This document shows, piece after piece, positions 44,922 through 59,451 of a DNA stretch of 64,000 bases. The DNA is taken from the NCBI GenBank assembly GCA_034226945.1, contig CP120453.1, positions 1-64,000 on the forward strand, written 5' to 3'. The translations under genes and the position numbers were made by a program. Numbering within the stretch: position 1 is the first letter of the stretch; each line of letters begins with the position of its first letter. This DNA comes from Picochlorum sp. SENEW3. Taxonomy: Eukaryota. A model generated the notes under the pieces. It was not told the origin of the DNA and searched no databases. It saw only the letters and a list, made by a program, of their open reading frames with translations.

Positions 44922-47900
44922 ATGGTTGAATTGACTGTTTCGTTGTTACCTGTACTTGGGTCGCTGTTCCCGGGGTTTGTGGGGCTTGGCTTTGTGTGCC
45001 TATTGCTTCTTGGAGGACTGGCACATTCGAACAGTGACTACTGGAGGACTCTCCGGCAAATTTGGAGACCTTTGGCCTTTTTCTACATCCTTTCTATTGT
45101 TATAGTACAATTTGGACTGGATGCGCTGGCCTGGGTGGATGTTCTTCGTTCAAGTGTGTTAGAACGTGCCCTAGGCTGGTGTGGGTTTCGACTTCACTGG
45201 GTCAGAGCGGGAGCTCTCAAGTACGTTGACGACGGTGTCCTCTTGGGTGCCGCATGTATATTTGCTGCCAAGGTTTCGCAAGAGTCGCCAAGGGCCAGTG
45301 ATGAGTTCAAAGGAAAAGGTTTTGCGAGGAATCAGTGGCTCCTGTTTGTGACACTAGCTGGTTCCTGCTGGCAGTTGTCTGGAGTGTCGATGATGTACAT
45401 ATTTTTTCTGCTATATTGGGCAGTCAAGATGCCATCGAAGAACCATGTGCGCTCTTCGCTGGAGCGGCTTCGATATGTACTGGCTGGGAATGTCCTCATT
45501 GAATATGTCTTGGTGTTTGGGGAGCATTTTGGTGTCCAAGGAGTGGTGTCAGAGAAGATTCTGTTCGCAATATTTGGTGTATCACAGCTTCGAGATCTAG
45601 GATTGGCGAGCCCATGGTCTTGCATTGTAGCGTCCATGCATGTGATTGTGCTTTGTGCAGCCTTTGTGTTTTGCTCTGGGGCCATTGCTGGGGTTCCTCA
45701 AGACTCTACCCTGCTAGGCGACGTAGATGACGATATAACGGCTCCACTGTTGCTTTCGGATGAACGTGTAGATGGCTCGAGATCAAACGACCACGGTATG
45801 CAGAGTGAGTTGAAACAGTGTCGGGTGCATCTCTTAGCTGGGTGCTCCCTCCTTGTTTGTGGTCTTAGCACGCCTTCTCTGTTTGGAGTTGTTTGTGTTT
45901 TGCTGGGAGTATCTCTATATAACGTGAGTATTTCTAGAGGCTGTGAGAGCAATCGGTTGCGAAGCTTTGCAGTGTCATTTGCATCTTTGTGGCTGCTGAT
46001 TGCATATGGGTTCACACTTTTGGCCCATATCGGCTTTACCATCAAAGCAGGATTCTGGTTGAAGTTTACGATAGGAAATGCTGAAAATCTTCAGATATGG
46101 CAGTGGATATGTTTGGCATTGCCTCTTTTGGCAGAATATGGCGCTGGGCTTCTGAGTCATTATAACATCCCTGCAGAAGAAGCATTCTCTGTCCCTGCCT
46201 CAGTGGTATTCATTCCGTCCATCCTCCTGTCGTCGTCGCTTTTCATCTCAGGTACCTTGGGTCATGATGTGATACACTTTTTGCTACTTTTATCTTGCTT
46301 TGGCATTCTAGGAAAGGGTTCCATACGTGCTGGTATTGCTGTGGGGGAGATATTTAGTGTCAGCAGAGATCTTGTCCGCTGGATTGACTCGTATCTGAAC
46401 CTTCTTGTGGTACTTTTGTACACAGTATTTATGATCCAATCTGATTATATATTGGATCTAGTGTCTAAGCACGAGATGGAGCCTTTGCTGGATCTGCTTG
46501 GTTTGTGGACTCCTGCTGATGCGAGAACTGTTCTGCAGCAGATGATTCCGGTTGTGGCCACGGTACGATACATTTTAGTATTTCATGCTAACAAATACGA
46601 ACTATCTACGGCAATATTATATATTGTAGGTTAAGATATACGGGGGATTGATGGCACAAAGATCAATCTTGTTTCATGGCAGGAATTGCCAAGGGTCTTT
46701 GGAATCCTTGCGACCAATTTTTGTCATTGCCAATGTAGTTTCCTCTACAGGGTCCTTGTCTATATTTGTGGCCACGTGCATAGGATGTATTTGGTTGACA
46801 AAAATAAGCAGTATCATGTGTCTACTGTATTTGATGCTGTCTGTGTGTGTTCTTTTGGGGAATCCATTCAAGTCTGACCAATGGATGTGGGAAGGCTCCG
46901 AAGAAGGAGATGATGGGCCTACCTCTTCCGTAATGATAGGAGGACTCCTAGGGGTGTATCAAAATTTCCAAGGAAAAGAAAAATACTTCAAATCCAAATC
47001 ATCCAAGTTTGTATCTTGGATTCCTGTGGCTCTCCTAGTAGGCACAGCAATGTTGGATTTCTTGGTGCAAATCTTTGTATTGGGACTTGTCTTTCATCAA
47101 GATTACTTTCATTATAGTTTTTCTTCGGATGAAAAAGACATGCTTCAGAGTCTTTTTAGTATCAATGTCAATGCGAGAGGTATGGTGCTGTTCTTTGGAC
47201 TGCTACGGCCATTCTTGGTTTTGTCAGCTATTCGTTTCAATAGGAGAATGCTCAGCATCAGCAATCTGGCATCACATGTCGGCTTCGATCAAGCAAGTCT
47301 GGGGATCATCAATAGCAAGAATATATTAGGGCTTGGTGCAAGATTCATGAAAATTATTTCTGGAATTCTAGTCGCTGTGGCCATTTTCAGCTTGGCCTTG
47401 CAGGCACCATGCATTATGAGTTGGGTCCTCTTGTTACTTTTGCTCGTTTCAATGAGGCCCATCTTGCAGCCTCGATACAGTTTTCACAGATCTCTACAGA
47501 TACGTATGGTTTTAGTTGCGCTCATCACATTTTGGGGGCTCGTGTATTATCTTCTCTCAATTGAATGGGTTTGCTCAAAGCTGGCACTCAAGGATGGCCA
47601 AGTTGAATTTCTGAAATTGTTAGGCGCCATCCATCCATGCAAAGAAAACGTTCCCGGCTTTTATACCACTCTAATCGCTCAGTTCTTAAGCATAGCTATG
47701 ATATCCTTCAGTATCAATAGCAACGAGTGGAAGCTGTGCAGGGACCTCTGTATGGATGGAACCGAAAAGAGTTTGCTCTTCTGGCCAATTTCACCCAGCC
47801 ATCCTCCCAGCACAGATGTACAGGGGGAGACAATAGCCCCACCTGATAGCACCAATATTCTCTTAAATATACTGAGGAATACCATAGAGAACTTCTACTC

Positions 47901-50900
47901 GATTTTCGGCCCAGAGTTGGTACTACTAAGCTTGCTAATGACAGCTTTTGTTGCAAACAATGTGCTCTCGGTGGCATGCATCATGATCGTGGCACTGAAT
48001 ATGATCTGCTCAAATAATATCTTGTGGAATAGGTACCTCATGGGACCTATCCTGATGATGTATCTCCTGTGGCAGCATACTTTGTCCATTAAAGCTTTGA
48101 ATGGAAGGAACCAGCTAGAGGAAGAGATTTGGAACTGGCTGGGATTTTCAGAAATGGAAACATCTGCTCTATGGCTCATGTTTACCTCCTGCATTCTCAT
48201 TTCTTTGGAAGTGTCACAGATTTTGAATAAACATGTCCACACTGGAGATTTGGGAGCGCCAGATGTCTGGGGGCCCTTGGATTTCAACACAAGTGGTCTG
48301 TGGGGCAAACATGACTGGGCTCGTTATTATCTATTTAGATACCACATCGACCTAGTGCTTGTAGCAGTAGTAGCATTGTGCAGCATCGATGATGATTTCA
48401 TACATGGAGGATACCTTGCTCTCTCACTCTTTTATTTTAGGTCAAAAATAAATCTCAGATGGGGAAGAAATGATTTGTTCAAATGGCTTCCCATATACAA
48501 CATGACTGTGATCATTATTGCTATCGTATATCAATCTCCCTTCGAGATACTATGGAATATATCGACAGATGAAGATCATGAGTGCACTTTGGCGCACTTA
48601 TTCGGTCTTTATAAGTTCCATGGGAATGGAAGTGATTGCAATGGAGAGGAAGGAATTGGGCTCCTCTCGCTCGGCAGGAAAGGGGTACTGACGGATATAA
48701 TTCTGTGGGTATTGTTGCGTCTTCAAACTTATCTATATTCTTCTGAAGAATACGGCAAAGTTGTGGAAATCGTGGAAGAGGAGGAAAATTCGCAGAGGGA
48801 GTTGCACATAAGAGAAGAGGATGAATCCATTCTGCAACAGGCAAACAGTGCTCTGCAGGCAAGCGAAGATCGCGTGGAGAGGATCAGAAGAATCGAGAGA
48901 ATAAAAAGAACGATGGCTCAAAATGTAGATAAAATGATATCGTTGACGAACCCAACTCCTACCGATTACAACTTTTTGGAGGAGGAACAGGCCGAAGCAG
49001 ACTTTCAGAGAAACGGGCAGATGTACCTCTTGTCGACGCCCAAGTCTTTGAGAGATCTAGATCATGGAGGAATAGATGACACCTGTGTGTATGGTGGAGA
49101 AAATATGAGATCATGGAACAAGATTAAATCAGCATGGAATTACATGCTATCAAGAGCAGATAAAAGGGAGTCAAACATTGCATATGTTTTGTTCATTCTT
49201 GCATATGTTTCTGACTTCTCTTTGGTTACCATGCTTCTGCCCTTTTCAGCATTTGTCTATGCACTAGTTTCCATCAAGTCAGCAAATCTGTACTGGAAAA
49301 TTATTTTGGTGTATTGTGAAGGTGTCATCATCTTAAGCTATCTATATCAGGTTCCTGCCCGACTGAACTGTGAGTTCTTGTCAGAACCCTTGATGGTTGT
49401 TGCTGAATTCGTTGGAATCCACTCCAATACCGCTAGAACGATCCCCATTTTCTTTGTGTACTTGGCAACTTTATTTCATGTGTTTGGTTTGGAATCTAGG
49501 AACAAAGCAGCGCAAAGATTGGGCAATCGAGATGAGGTCTCAGTGGAGTCAACCAGCGAGTCTGGGCATGTTGGCTCGTCATCTGAAGTCAGGATTCCTT
49601 CCAATAGGACGGCGTATGCCCTAGTCAAGGGGCAAACAGATAATCTAAACATTTGGAGGCGAGCAATCTTATTCCTTTCTCAAGCTTTTATCCCTCATGA
49701 AGTTCCTGTTTCTTTCCTAATTGTTGAGTTTGGGAAAGGGCATTCTGTACATGGGCATCTTAACAAACACTACGAAAATGCAGTGCAGTCCATTGCCGAC
49801 AATATCAATACTCATTTGAAGGTACAGTTCTATTCTTTCATCGGGATCTCTGATAGGTCTGCTGGAGACATGGTCGACGAGAGCAGCCCGAAAAAAGTCC
49901 TATTCAGAGTGACGGCTCACCCTGTGGCCCAGGCTACCACATTTTTGAATCCTGCCAAGACATTAGCATCTGTGCTTACTGAAAGTGAAATGTATAGAAG
50001 TGGGGGAGTGCAATATTGTGAACACCACAGTCGTCAATCTCAAGATTGGTATGCGCTGACTGTACTGTTTGATATTATAGCGTTCATATTTGTGGCACTC
50101 AGTTACAATAAAATGGTCCGAAGCCCAGGAAGTATCCAAGAAATCACAAGTCAGCATGTTGTACCCCTTGGTTATTTGGTCACTTTGCTGATTTTGTTTG
50201 TTTTTCTTGTTTTGGATAGGCTCATTTATACCATTGGCAGTCAGGCAGGCAAAGCTGTACTCCACTTGATGTACGATATTCTGTGTTGGTCTTTGAAAGA
50301 TGTGCTACATCTGATCTACGTATCCGTGATTGCAGGCAAATTATGATTCATTTTTGGTACTCAGAGGCGCTGATTTGGTCCATGGGAAATTCCTCTACTG
50401 TTCATTTGATGTATCTCCGGATGTTCCTGCTGCTCAAGTGTACCTCCTTTGCTCTTAGCGCTCTCCAGTTGAGGTCTGGGTATCCACCTCCTGCATCATA
50501 CTCCAACGGCATGGGTCGTCACACGTTCGTTTTCATGAGATCAATTTCAATCACATCATCTGCCTTCTTCCATATATTTGCTGCTATCCCCTTCATCTAC
50601 GAAATTAGGCAGATATTGGACTGGTCATGTACCACGACTGCTCTCACATTGTATGACTGGCTCAAACTGGAGGATATCAATATGAGTCTGTATTTTGCAG
50701 CGGTGATGCAGTATGCAAATTCTTTCAAACCAGTAGGTCAGAAGCAGCCATCTTATCTCAAATTTTTCCAGGGCGCTTTGTCTGTTTTTGCCATTTTGCT
50801 TCTTTTATGGGTGCCTTTGCTGATCTTCTCCTCAGGAAATCCAATCACAGGCATTCCCCAGATTGTCAGATTTAGCAATAATGTCACCATTTCTGCCGCA

Positions 50901-51995
50901 AGTCAAGCTAAAGAAGGGTTTCATTACAAGTTTTCCCAGGAACTGTTCCTTGGTGGCCAACAAAACGTTTGGGGCAAATGGATCCAATCAAACTCTTCCT
51001 TGCCAAGCCCACTCGAAGGTGCATTCTCAAATGCTCAGTTTCAAATTCTCTGCACGTCCACAGACTCAGAGAGTTCTTGGAAAGTATCTCCTCCTCTGAA
51101 GAAGGATGGTATGGCAATTTTAGAGGATGAAAGCATCGATGTCACCATGGCTTTTGGTTGGCATGCTGTGAGAGACACGCCTATCGAAAGTGACCACGGA
51201 GGTCCGGCTTGCTCTGGAATTGAAGGCTTCCCTCTTTCATGGGAAACCAGAAAGCTTCTTGTAGATGCCATGGACAATATTCGAGGAGACGAATATCAGG
51301 AAGATCCCCTCAGAAGAATCAGTCTGAAGCGCAGATCTTTGAATGAGTCGATTACCAGCGATGTGAATAGTTCAACCGCACTGGTTCCCGCATTTTGGTA
51401 TTTCCGTGGGGACTCATGCGAAGTCAGACCGGTCAAACCAGAGGATTTGTATGTCGCCAGGGCTATTCCAGGTAGACATTATCATCCCAATGTATCATGG
51501 TCAGATATCTGGCTAGCATGCGATGCTTATTTATCGTCGGATGAGACCAATCACATCTGGTGGAACTTCAAGTGTGTTCTAACAAATAGTGATAGAGTTG
51601 AAAGAGACAATTCTGGGCAGAATGGATTGGGATCAGATTTGTCCTTTAATGAATGCCCAGACATGTACAGAGGCCCAATGTTGGTTGGACTCTTTGATAG
51701 AACATCAATAGGCATAATAGGCGAGACAATAAGTAGATTTGGTGTCATCGGGCTATATTCTGTATTCGTATATGGTATAGGGAGATTCTTGCGATTGGCA
51801 ATAACGAACCTGAGAATGAGGATACCATATGAGAACTTTCCCTCAACTGAACGGCTCATGTCGCTCTGCCAGGATATCTACATTGCACGAGCAGAAAAAC
51901 TCTTTGAACTCGAAGAAGAACTATATGCCGCACTTCTTGCTGTGTATCGTCTTCCAAATGTCATGTACGAATTGACAACAAAGAAAAAGAATTAG
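44922..51995 (+). CDS. PIEZO: Piezo mechanosensitive ion channel (~2313 aa); exons 44922-46562, 46630-50270, 50336-51995
   Basis: Many TM helices. PFIYEIRQILDWSCTTTALTLYDWLKLEDI (PFEW motif), ALQLRSGYP, LCQDIYIAR..ELEEELY. Introns keep the frame. Confidence 0.95.
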
Positions 51996-52016
51996 AAACA
52001 CATTTGTAATTTCAAT

Positions 52017-53774
52017 CTACACTTTCAATAATCTGTTCCTGAGATGAGTTAGCCTGATTGGACGGCCAGTAGCTCCAATAAACCACGTAATGGAGGACAA
52101 AAGATACAAACCAGCCGTCAGGGCAAAGACTGCACGGAAACCAAATGCAGATGCAGCCAAGTGCCCAGTCACAACATTGCCCAAGATACCCGCTGCAATA
52201 GAGCAGCTATTTGTCAATGCCAGTATCACCCCAGCATCATTCGAGGCGATGTCTTGAACATAGGAATGGAATCCAGGGTAACAGAGTCCTTGGAACGCCA
52301 CCGCAATCGATATTGACGCCGTTGCAATTAGAGGAGAGATGTTCTGTGACTGGAACACTAAGAGAAGAAGACACTGTGCACCTCCCAAGCTAGAAATAAT
52401 CTGGAACAACCTCCTCACCTTCAGTGAATTCCATTGTTTCTTTATCTCTAGATAACGAGATAATCGCCCCGACACTGCAGCAACAGCAGCGGTCAATAAC
52501 CATGGCATGGCGCTCAACACTCCCAAAGTGTAAAGGTTGCTCACTCCCAACGAGTGAAGAAAAGTCGGGATCCAAGACTGAAGGACAAAAAACCCAAATC
52601 CTATTACTGCATGGGTCCAACATAAAAGCATCAAGTCTCCTGAATGTCTCCTGAACCTAGCTAACTGACTTTTACGCTGCATCTTGGAAGGAGCTCTTTG
52701 GACACGTTGGCGAGCTCCCGAAAGAATATCATTCATTCCGAATAATCGATGAAATGGCTTTTCAGACAATAAAATCAAACCAAAAATACTGCATATGATT
52801 CCAACAACGCCAAAAGCTGCAAAAGTACCAAAAGTGCCGACAGAATCTGCCATCACAGGTGTTATTATGAGGCTTGCTACAGTGCCAATGCTGTAGCAAG
52901 CATAAATGCCAGACGTCTTATCTCCTCTTTCCATCGGAGAGAAAGACTGGGCTGATGTGGCAGAGATCCCTGGCATCAACACAGACTGTGAAAACCCTAG
53001 GCCACATCGTAGAAGAAAAAGTACGGCAATGGGGTTGCCAGCCATTGGTATACCAAGCATGAATACGCCAAATAAGCTCCAAGCAGCCATACCCAGCACC
53101 AATGCAGAGATTCCACCCATATTATCGGCCAGCACACCAGCTGGAATCTACAGCATACCAGTGAAAACATGTGAGCGCGGTCAACCACACAGCCAGAAGA
53201 AGACAGTGCCTGTGCATTTGCCAACCGCAGCAAGCAGTCGCTCTTGCATCCTTAAACAGGAACATCATGTGGATGATACTGGCATCACGCTCCCCTTTAT
53301 GAATGCTAAATACATGCAATTGACACAAAATAGAAACAGTACCTGGCCTACGATGTACCCGAATAGAAGTGAACTCTGAATCAGTCCCATGTCAGCCATG
53401 GACAAAGCAAATCGCTCTTGAATGGGAATAGCAAGCACAGAGAAGGAAGTTCGACTGACAGCAGCCATGATGGATGCACTACATGCAACCAAGAAAACCC
53501 GCAACACTCTATCTGATCCTACGGCATCTTCTTTCTGAACAAGACCAAGAGATCCTGGTAAAGGCTCTTCGCACAGGCCCCCCTCTGTCATGCCTTCTTG
53601 GACGATTCCAGGTGTCTGAACCCCCACCTTGAGAGACCGTTCAATGTTCGGGGTGCGCCCTTGCTGCTGAGCCTTCCAGGAGGGAACGCTCCTGAGGAAC
53701 CTAGCAGGGGCAAATCCGCGAAACCCCTTTGTATCTGGCTTCATCCTCATCAAATGACCCTCAAATAAAGACAT
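52017..53774 (-). CDS. MFS anion/phosphate transporter (SLC17/PHT4-like); exons 53774-53343, 53147-52017
   Basis: GLIQSSLLFGYIVGQ|IPAGVLADNMGG, SWIPTFL, AGVILALTNS. Confidence 0.88.
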
Positions 53775-54117
53775 GATAACGTATTCTAGCGCTAAAACTG
53801 CTTCTTCTGAGATTTGCCATGGCGAGTGGTATCTGTATACCCTCAGGAAACCTGCCTACGTGAACAAATAACACAGTGCTCTGGCCAGTATTGTCTAATG
53901 AATTTATTTGCGTTTTCCTCTGAAGCCCTTGTGCGATTGTATGAGGCTCCTGATGTGCCAGATGTGCTATATTCACATTGATAGAACCGCCCTATCAATG
54001 GATTATTTGATAGGATTGTCTATCGGAGATGCACAATATCCTTTTCAAAGATCAAAGATGATATTCTCGAGAGCGTGGCACTACTCGTGGTAGATAAGTC
54101 CTGAAATTTAGTTTCCC

Positions 54118-55665
54118 ATGAATCCATCAGCATTGAGTGGCATTGTGCCCCGCAATGGGGTGAATTGCGTCTCTTGTGTTGGTTTCCATGTGAAAGACAT
54201 GTGGCACGTCCAGCGGTCGTCTCTGCATTGCCTTGACCAGAGAGCAAGGAATGGAAATAACACGATAGTAAACAGTCATAGAGTACGTCAGATTGGGCAC
54301 CATTCCACTCCTGGACAGAGAATCAGATGCAGTGCTGTCTCTGTTGGAGCTGTAGAAGAGTGGTGCCAGAAAGTTGGTTCTCCTGGGATCTTCATGTGCT
54401 CTGAGGGATCAGATGAAGATGTAGGAAACGTAGAAAGTGATAGAAGGGTATACCGGGCGAAACAAGACGTGGACAAGGGGGCTGCAATCATTTCAATACC
54501 TGGAGATGTGGCTGTGACAATAACAGATGTAGAGCAGGATGAAGAGTTGAAGGCAATCACTGAGGGGCGGAGTGAGCTGGTGTGCCTGGCAATATTTGTG
54601 GCCAAGCATAAAAGTATGGGTGATGTATCTCCCTGGAACATTCTCATGCAGTCCTTGCCAGAATTTGTTGATTTGCCTGTGTTTTGGAGTGAGGACGAGA
54701 GGGCTCGATTGCTTCGAGGGTCCGCCGTGGCAGAAGAATCGCGATCGAGAAACAACGAGCTTCAGAAAGAGTGGGAAAGCTTGGAGGGTACATGCCCAAG
54801 CTGGCTGACCAAGGATGGTTTTTTCAATGCCATGTCTGTGGTATTGAGCCATGCTGTGTTTTTGCCTTCTGTTGGCTGTTTTGCGCTCTTGCCAATTCTA
54901 GGGGATATTCAAAAGACTGGCAGTGGAAGCGGCGCAAGTATTGACTATGATGTAAACTCAAACATGGTCACTGTAACCTCCTCCATCAGCCTGAGTGCTG
55001 GAGACGTGATTGAGGTGTTTGATGGTAGGCCCAATGGTGAAATATTTATGGCTACAGGCTACGTGGAAAAAGCAAACCCTGCAGACTATCTTGTATTGAA
55101 TGCATCACTGGTTGTAGCAGATAGATTGTATACTATGAAGGAAGAGGTTGCCAATGCCATGGGATTTTCCAAGTCGGTTGACTTTCCAATTTATCAAGAC
55201 AGGCTTGCCATCCAGCATCTGGCGTATCTCAGAATGTCAAGGATAACGGATGCTGCACAAATGGCAAAAGTTAATTTCGAAGAAGATGTGATTATATCCC
55301 AGGAAAATGAATACGAAATCCTGCAATTGGTCATGGGTGACCTGAGAGAATGGCTCCAGCAGTACGAGGGTGGACTTGAGGATGATGTCAAGGAACTACA
55401 GAGAACAGATCTGTCACGTAGAGACAGAATGGCTACAATGCTCAGGTTGGGCGAGAAGAAAATTCTGAGAGGCACCATGGACGGGGTGAGGAAACGCCTG
55501 GCTCCAATCAGGGGAATACCAACAAAATCAGGCTTGGAAGACCCGAATTCAGATCTCATTGAAATTTTCGATGCCATCGAAGCAATCCCATCTGCCCCTA
55601 AAAAGTTGTGGCAAGGCTTGCAGTCGTGGGCTAAAGGAGATCAAGATCCAAACTGGAAGCGATAA
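54118..55665 (+). CDS. SET-domain Rubisco-LSMT-like lysine methyltransferase family protein, transit-peptide-like N-terminus
   Basis: LPVFWSEDERARLLRGS, GRPNGEIFMATG, LAYLRMSR, LRLGEKKIL. Confidence 0.85.
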   Translation: MNPSALSGIVPRNGVNCVSCVGFHVKDMWHVQRSSLHCLDQRARNGNNTIVNSHRVRQIGHHSTPGQRIRCSAVSVGAVEEWCQKVGSPGIFMCSEGSDEDVGNVESDRRVYRAKQDVDKGAAIISIPGDVAVTITDVEQDEELKAITEGRSELVCLAIFVAKHKSMGDVSPWNILMQSLPEFVDLPVFWSEDERARLLRGSAVAEESRSRNNELQKEWESLEGTCPSWLTKDGFFNAMSVVLSHAVFLPSVGCFALLPILGDIQKTGSGSGASIDYDVNSNMVTVTSSISLSAGDVIEVFDGRPNGEIFMATGYVEKANPADYLVLNASLVVADRLYTMKEEVANAMGFSKSVDFPIYQDRLAIQHLAYLRMSRITDAAQMAKVNFEEDVIISQENEYEILQLVMGDLREWLQQYEGGLEDDVKELQRTDLSRRDRMATMLRLGEKKILRGTMDGVRKRLAPIRGIPTKSGLEDPNSDLIEIFDAIEAIPSAPKKLWQGLQSWAKGDQDPNWKR

Positions 55666-56085
55666 CAAGACGCCTCTTCAGCCCATTGAAGATGTTCTCT
55701 TCACCCCCTTCAAGTGTGAGATGGGAAGACTGAGCAGCAGAATGAGAATCATACGCGAGGATGACTCCTGCGTACTGCATACATTAAAATGACATTTAAT
55801 TAGTTAATAGAAACAATATGTTGGAAGAAGGGACCCGTATAAGGGTTAAATTCACAAAGGAAAGCGAGGTACGCATGCGCTGCATTTTCACTCCCGGGAT
55901 ACCCAAGGAAATGCACCGTTTCTCAGTCACTTATGAAACATACATGTCATTGTAGGCGTTTGAGAATGCAACAGTACTGCATTGTAGCACTCAGGGAAGA
56001 AGGTGCAAAGTGGCTGTGGGAGAGCAGCAGGTGTGTGTACTCTGTGCTTATTGTCCGACATATTTGACAGCTGATCACGGTATAT

Positions 56086-58259
56086 ATGATGGCAACGCAG
56101 GAGACGAGAACTATAGACTTGAGTAAATGTGAATATCACGTGTTGGATGAGGAACACGAGGATGATGATGGCATGCAACCATCCAGTCCAAGTGACGCAG
56201 ATACTGCCCAAGCTGATTTGGACATTTTTGCTCAATTACAGGCTCCTTGCCAAGGTATAGATAGGCTACATGATATCATATCAAATACTGATCCAGATGC
56301 TCTTCTTCAAGCGTCGAATGAGGTGTCTGATGTGACCAAGCAGGCTGTGAAGGAGGTGATTGATTATTCATTGATGGACGTGTCCGTCCCACAGTCGTCA
56401 ACGTTGTCCAAATTTGGATTCAATGTTGATGGATTCGACGCAGAGCAGATTTGGTTGCAGTTAGATTCGATTAGTAAGCCGGCTTTGAGACACATCAAGA
56501 GAGCGTTGCACAAATCCAGGGATGTTGAAGCTGTCATTCCAGAGGATGTGGAGGAGGCTCTTGACGGTACGTTAGGGTATACATTACTGTAATAGATGAA
56601 AATATTAGTACCAATTCATATATTTGGATTGTAGAGTTGTTGGAGATTCAAACAGAGCATGGCCCGGATGATGGGGCACCAGGGGAGGAGGACAGTGAGG
56701 ACGACGATGGTTCTGAGACCAACGAATCTGACGACGATAACGAATCTGACGACGATATCTCTGGAGAAGAAAAAGAAGATGGGGTCCGTGAGATGCAAGC
56801 AGTTGAGGATGAGCATCTCAATTTGGATGACATGGAAGCATTTCTGCAGGAGGCAGAAGACATCCAGGCTCGGGAGAATGATCCAGAAAGAGGCGATAAT
56901 TCAGATGAAGAGGCTTTAGATGCTTTATTAGATGATATGATGAATACGAAGGGCGGCAAGACTTCTGGAAAGAGACTTTCAGATGCAGTAGACCATTCTT
57001 CAGATCCTCTGTCAAATGCAAAATATGAGGATTTCTTTGGCCCTAGAAAGAGCTCAAAGAAAGCCGTGCGCTTTGCAAATGACACTGAAAAAGATGACGA
57101 TAAAGGTACCTCCGATATTGACGAACAAGAATCCGAGCCTGATTCAGATGATGATGGCGATGATTTCCATGATGACCAATTTGAGTATGATCAGGAAAGT
57201 GACCAAGACGAGGACGACGTTATGCCCTCAAGGCATCAGATGAGGCTAGAGAAGGTATCATCAAAGATTCACAAGTTAGAAGAGGAAGCATTGGGAGAAA
57301 AAGACTGGTTTATGAAGGGAGAGGTCTCTGCCAGTCATCGCCCAAAGAACTCTGCCCTGGAAATAGACCTTGACTTTGAAACCACAATGAAGCCTCCCCC
57401 TCAGCCCACTGAGGAGACAACAAAATCGTTAGAAGATATCATCAAGCGCAGAATTGCTGATCATAAGTTTGATGATGTTATTGCTATAGTTCCTACAACC
57501 GAAGAGAGGAAGAAGACAACAGTGGAGTTGGATGATGTCAAAAGCTCTCAAGGATTGGGAGAAATTTACGAAAAAGAATATCTTTCTGCGCGCATGGGAG
57601 GAACCAGTGAAGATAAAGATGAGCCTATTAGAGAGTTGGCGAAGAAGCAGTTCATTGCTCTGTGTGCCAAACTGGATCAGTTGAGTCATGGCCAGTACAA
57701 GCCAGTGCCATCCATTGAAGACGTGACATTTAAAGTGGACGTTCCTGCTATTATGATGGAAGAAGCAACCCCGGCATTTGTCAGCGAGGCATCCATGAGA
57801 AAGCCAGAAGAAGTATACAAGCTTGGCCAGTCACTAAAGAAATCGGTCGCCGTGGAAGATGAGGAGGGAGAGGAAAAGATTGTGACTACACGAGAGGGCA
57901 TGATGCAGGCAGAAGGAGTTGCAAAATCTGAAGCTGAGCTGACACGAGAGGACCGCAAAAGGCGACGAGCTGCCAAGAAGAGGGCAGCAAAGAAGCGCAA
58001 AATGTCAAGGGATGCAGAGCAGATGCAGAGAGCAGTGGCCGCGGGTAAGACTGCCATTCCAGGTAGAAAATCAGAAGAAGCACGCCAAATGCTACGAAAA
58101 CTCTCGTCATCAGCAAAATCTACCAGAACTTCTGGCACAAACTTTACAAAATCTCGTGAAGTCTTTGCACGCATGAATGAGCTGAAACAGCAGCACAACA
58201 ACCCACCAGCAGCCAAAGCCACATCAGATGATGTCCGATCCAGGCATCTCAAACTGTAA
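56086..58259 (+). CDS. MPP10: U3 snoRNP protein Mpp10; intron 56567-56634
   Basis: DGFDAEQIWLQL, WFMKGEVSASHRPKNSALE.DLDFE, LEDIIKRRI..FDDV, KSSQGLGEIYE. Confidence 0.95.
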
Positions 58260-58294
58260 AATCTATTATTATTTACATAATATATAAGTATAGT

Positions 58295-58687
58295 TTAGTA
58301 GAAGAATCCCAGCACCTTTCCTCCCAACTTTTTCCTACGTGCCTCCTCGTGATCCATAATCCCCTGAGACGTTGTCATGACGAAGAACCCGAACTGACGA
58401 GATGGTAAAAGGCGTCCGACCCAGTCCTCCACATCACCAGCACTAATGTCATAACGAGGAGAGATGACTCCACACTTGTTCAAACGTCCATTCAACTCCA
58501 CAACAATCTTTCCAGAGCGATGGTTATCCACAAACTCAAACTCTCCAATATATCCATGCTTCATCATCACCTGAAGGAACTTAATAACCACCTTTGAGGA
58601 TGGGCGAATCAATACCTGCTTCTTTCCACGCTTCTCAGCATTGTACATGCTTTTGAGTGCATCTCCGAGAACTGAAATGCGAACCAT
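58295..58687 (-). CDS. RPS15A: 40S ribosomal protein S15a (uS8)
   Basis: [29 protein letters not shown]...GGKVLGFFY, 130 aa. Confidence 0.99.
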   Translation of the reverse strand: MVRISVLGDALKSMYNAEKRGKKQVLIRPSSKVVIKFLQVMMKHGYIGEFEFVDNHRSGKIVVELNGRLNKCGVISPRYDISAGDVEDWVGRLLPSRQFGFFVMTTSQGIMDHEEARRKKLGGKVLGFFY

Positions 58688-59451
58688 CTTTCTAGTAGTT
58701 CAACCTGCATTATCATGATAATTATTGTCAATTCCATGCCATATCATAGCGTAAAAGCCCAACCATTCCCCACAGAGTCGTGCCGACACAACGCCGGCTC
58801 CTAGACCAAACTCAACCATGGGCATGGCCACGTCTTCACCCCGTATGCGCCCAAAATATGACGACATAAAAATGGATGAATACACTGAGTGGTATATCAA
58901 GGCAGAACAATACACCGCCGTCAGGCTCCCATCCACCTCGAGCAGCCGAGACGCCGCAGCACCTTGTGGCTCTCGATAGGAAAGGTTCGCATGGATCTCA
59001 CGGTCTTTATAGCACATATTACTTGTACAAAAGACTATCATCGCAATAGAGTTGCCTCAATCCACTCGTCCAACGCTCTTGTCGCCTTTGCGGCCGGCTC
59101 ATGTTCCACCACGCACTCGCAGGCCCCACTACCAATATTTCTACCACATACCTGAAGCTGGTGATCTAATGAATTTATTTCTACAACAGATTGGGTGGAT
59201 AATGTGCATATGTTGCCACCAAGGGCACCTGAGCATCGCTCCTCAGACAGAAATGAGGTCTTTATCATTGACCATTGGGCACTTGTTTGATGGGAGAGGA
59301 GACGAGACTATTGATCAATTTAGAGGTGATCCCATGGAAGAAGGTGTTTGATGGGCGCATGGAAGTATTTAGATTGACGCATTTAAAATACCATCAAAGT
59401 CAATCTAATGCCCCCGCGCATACACATCCATGGCATACATAACCATTTGAA

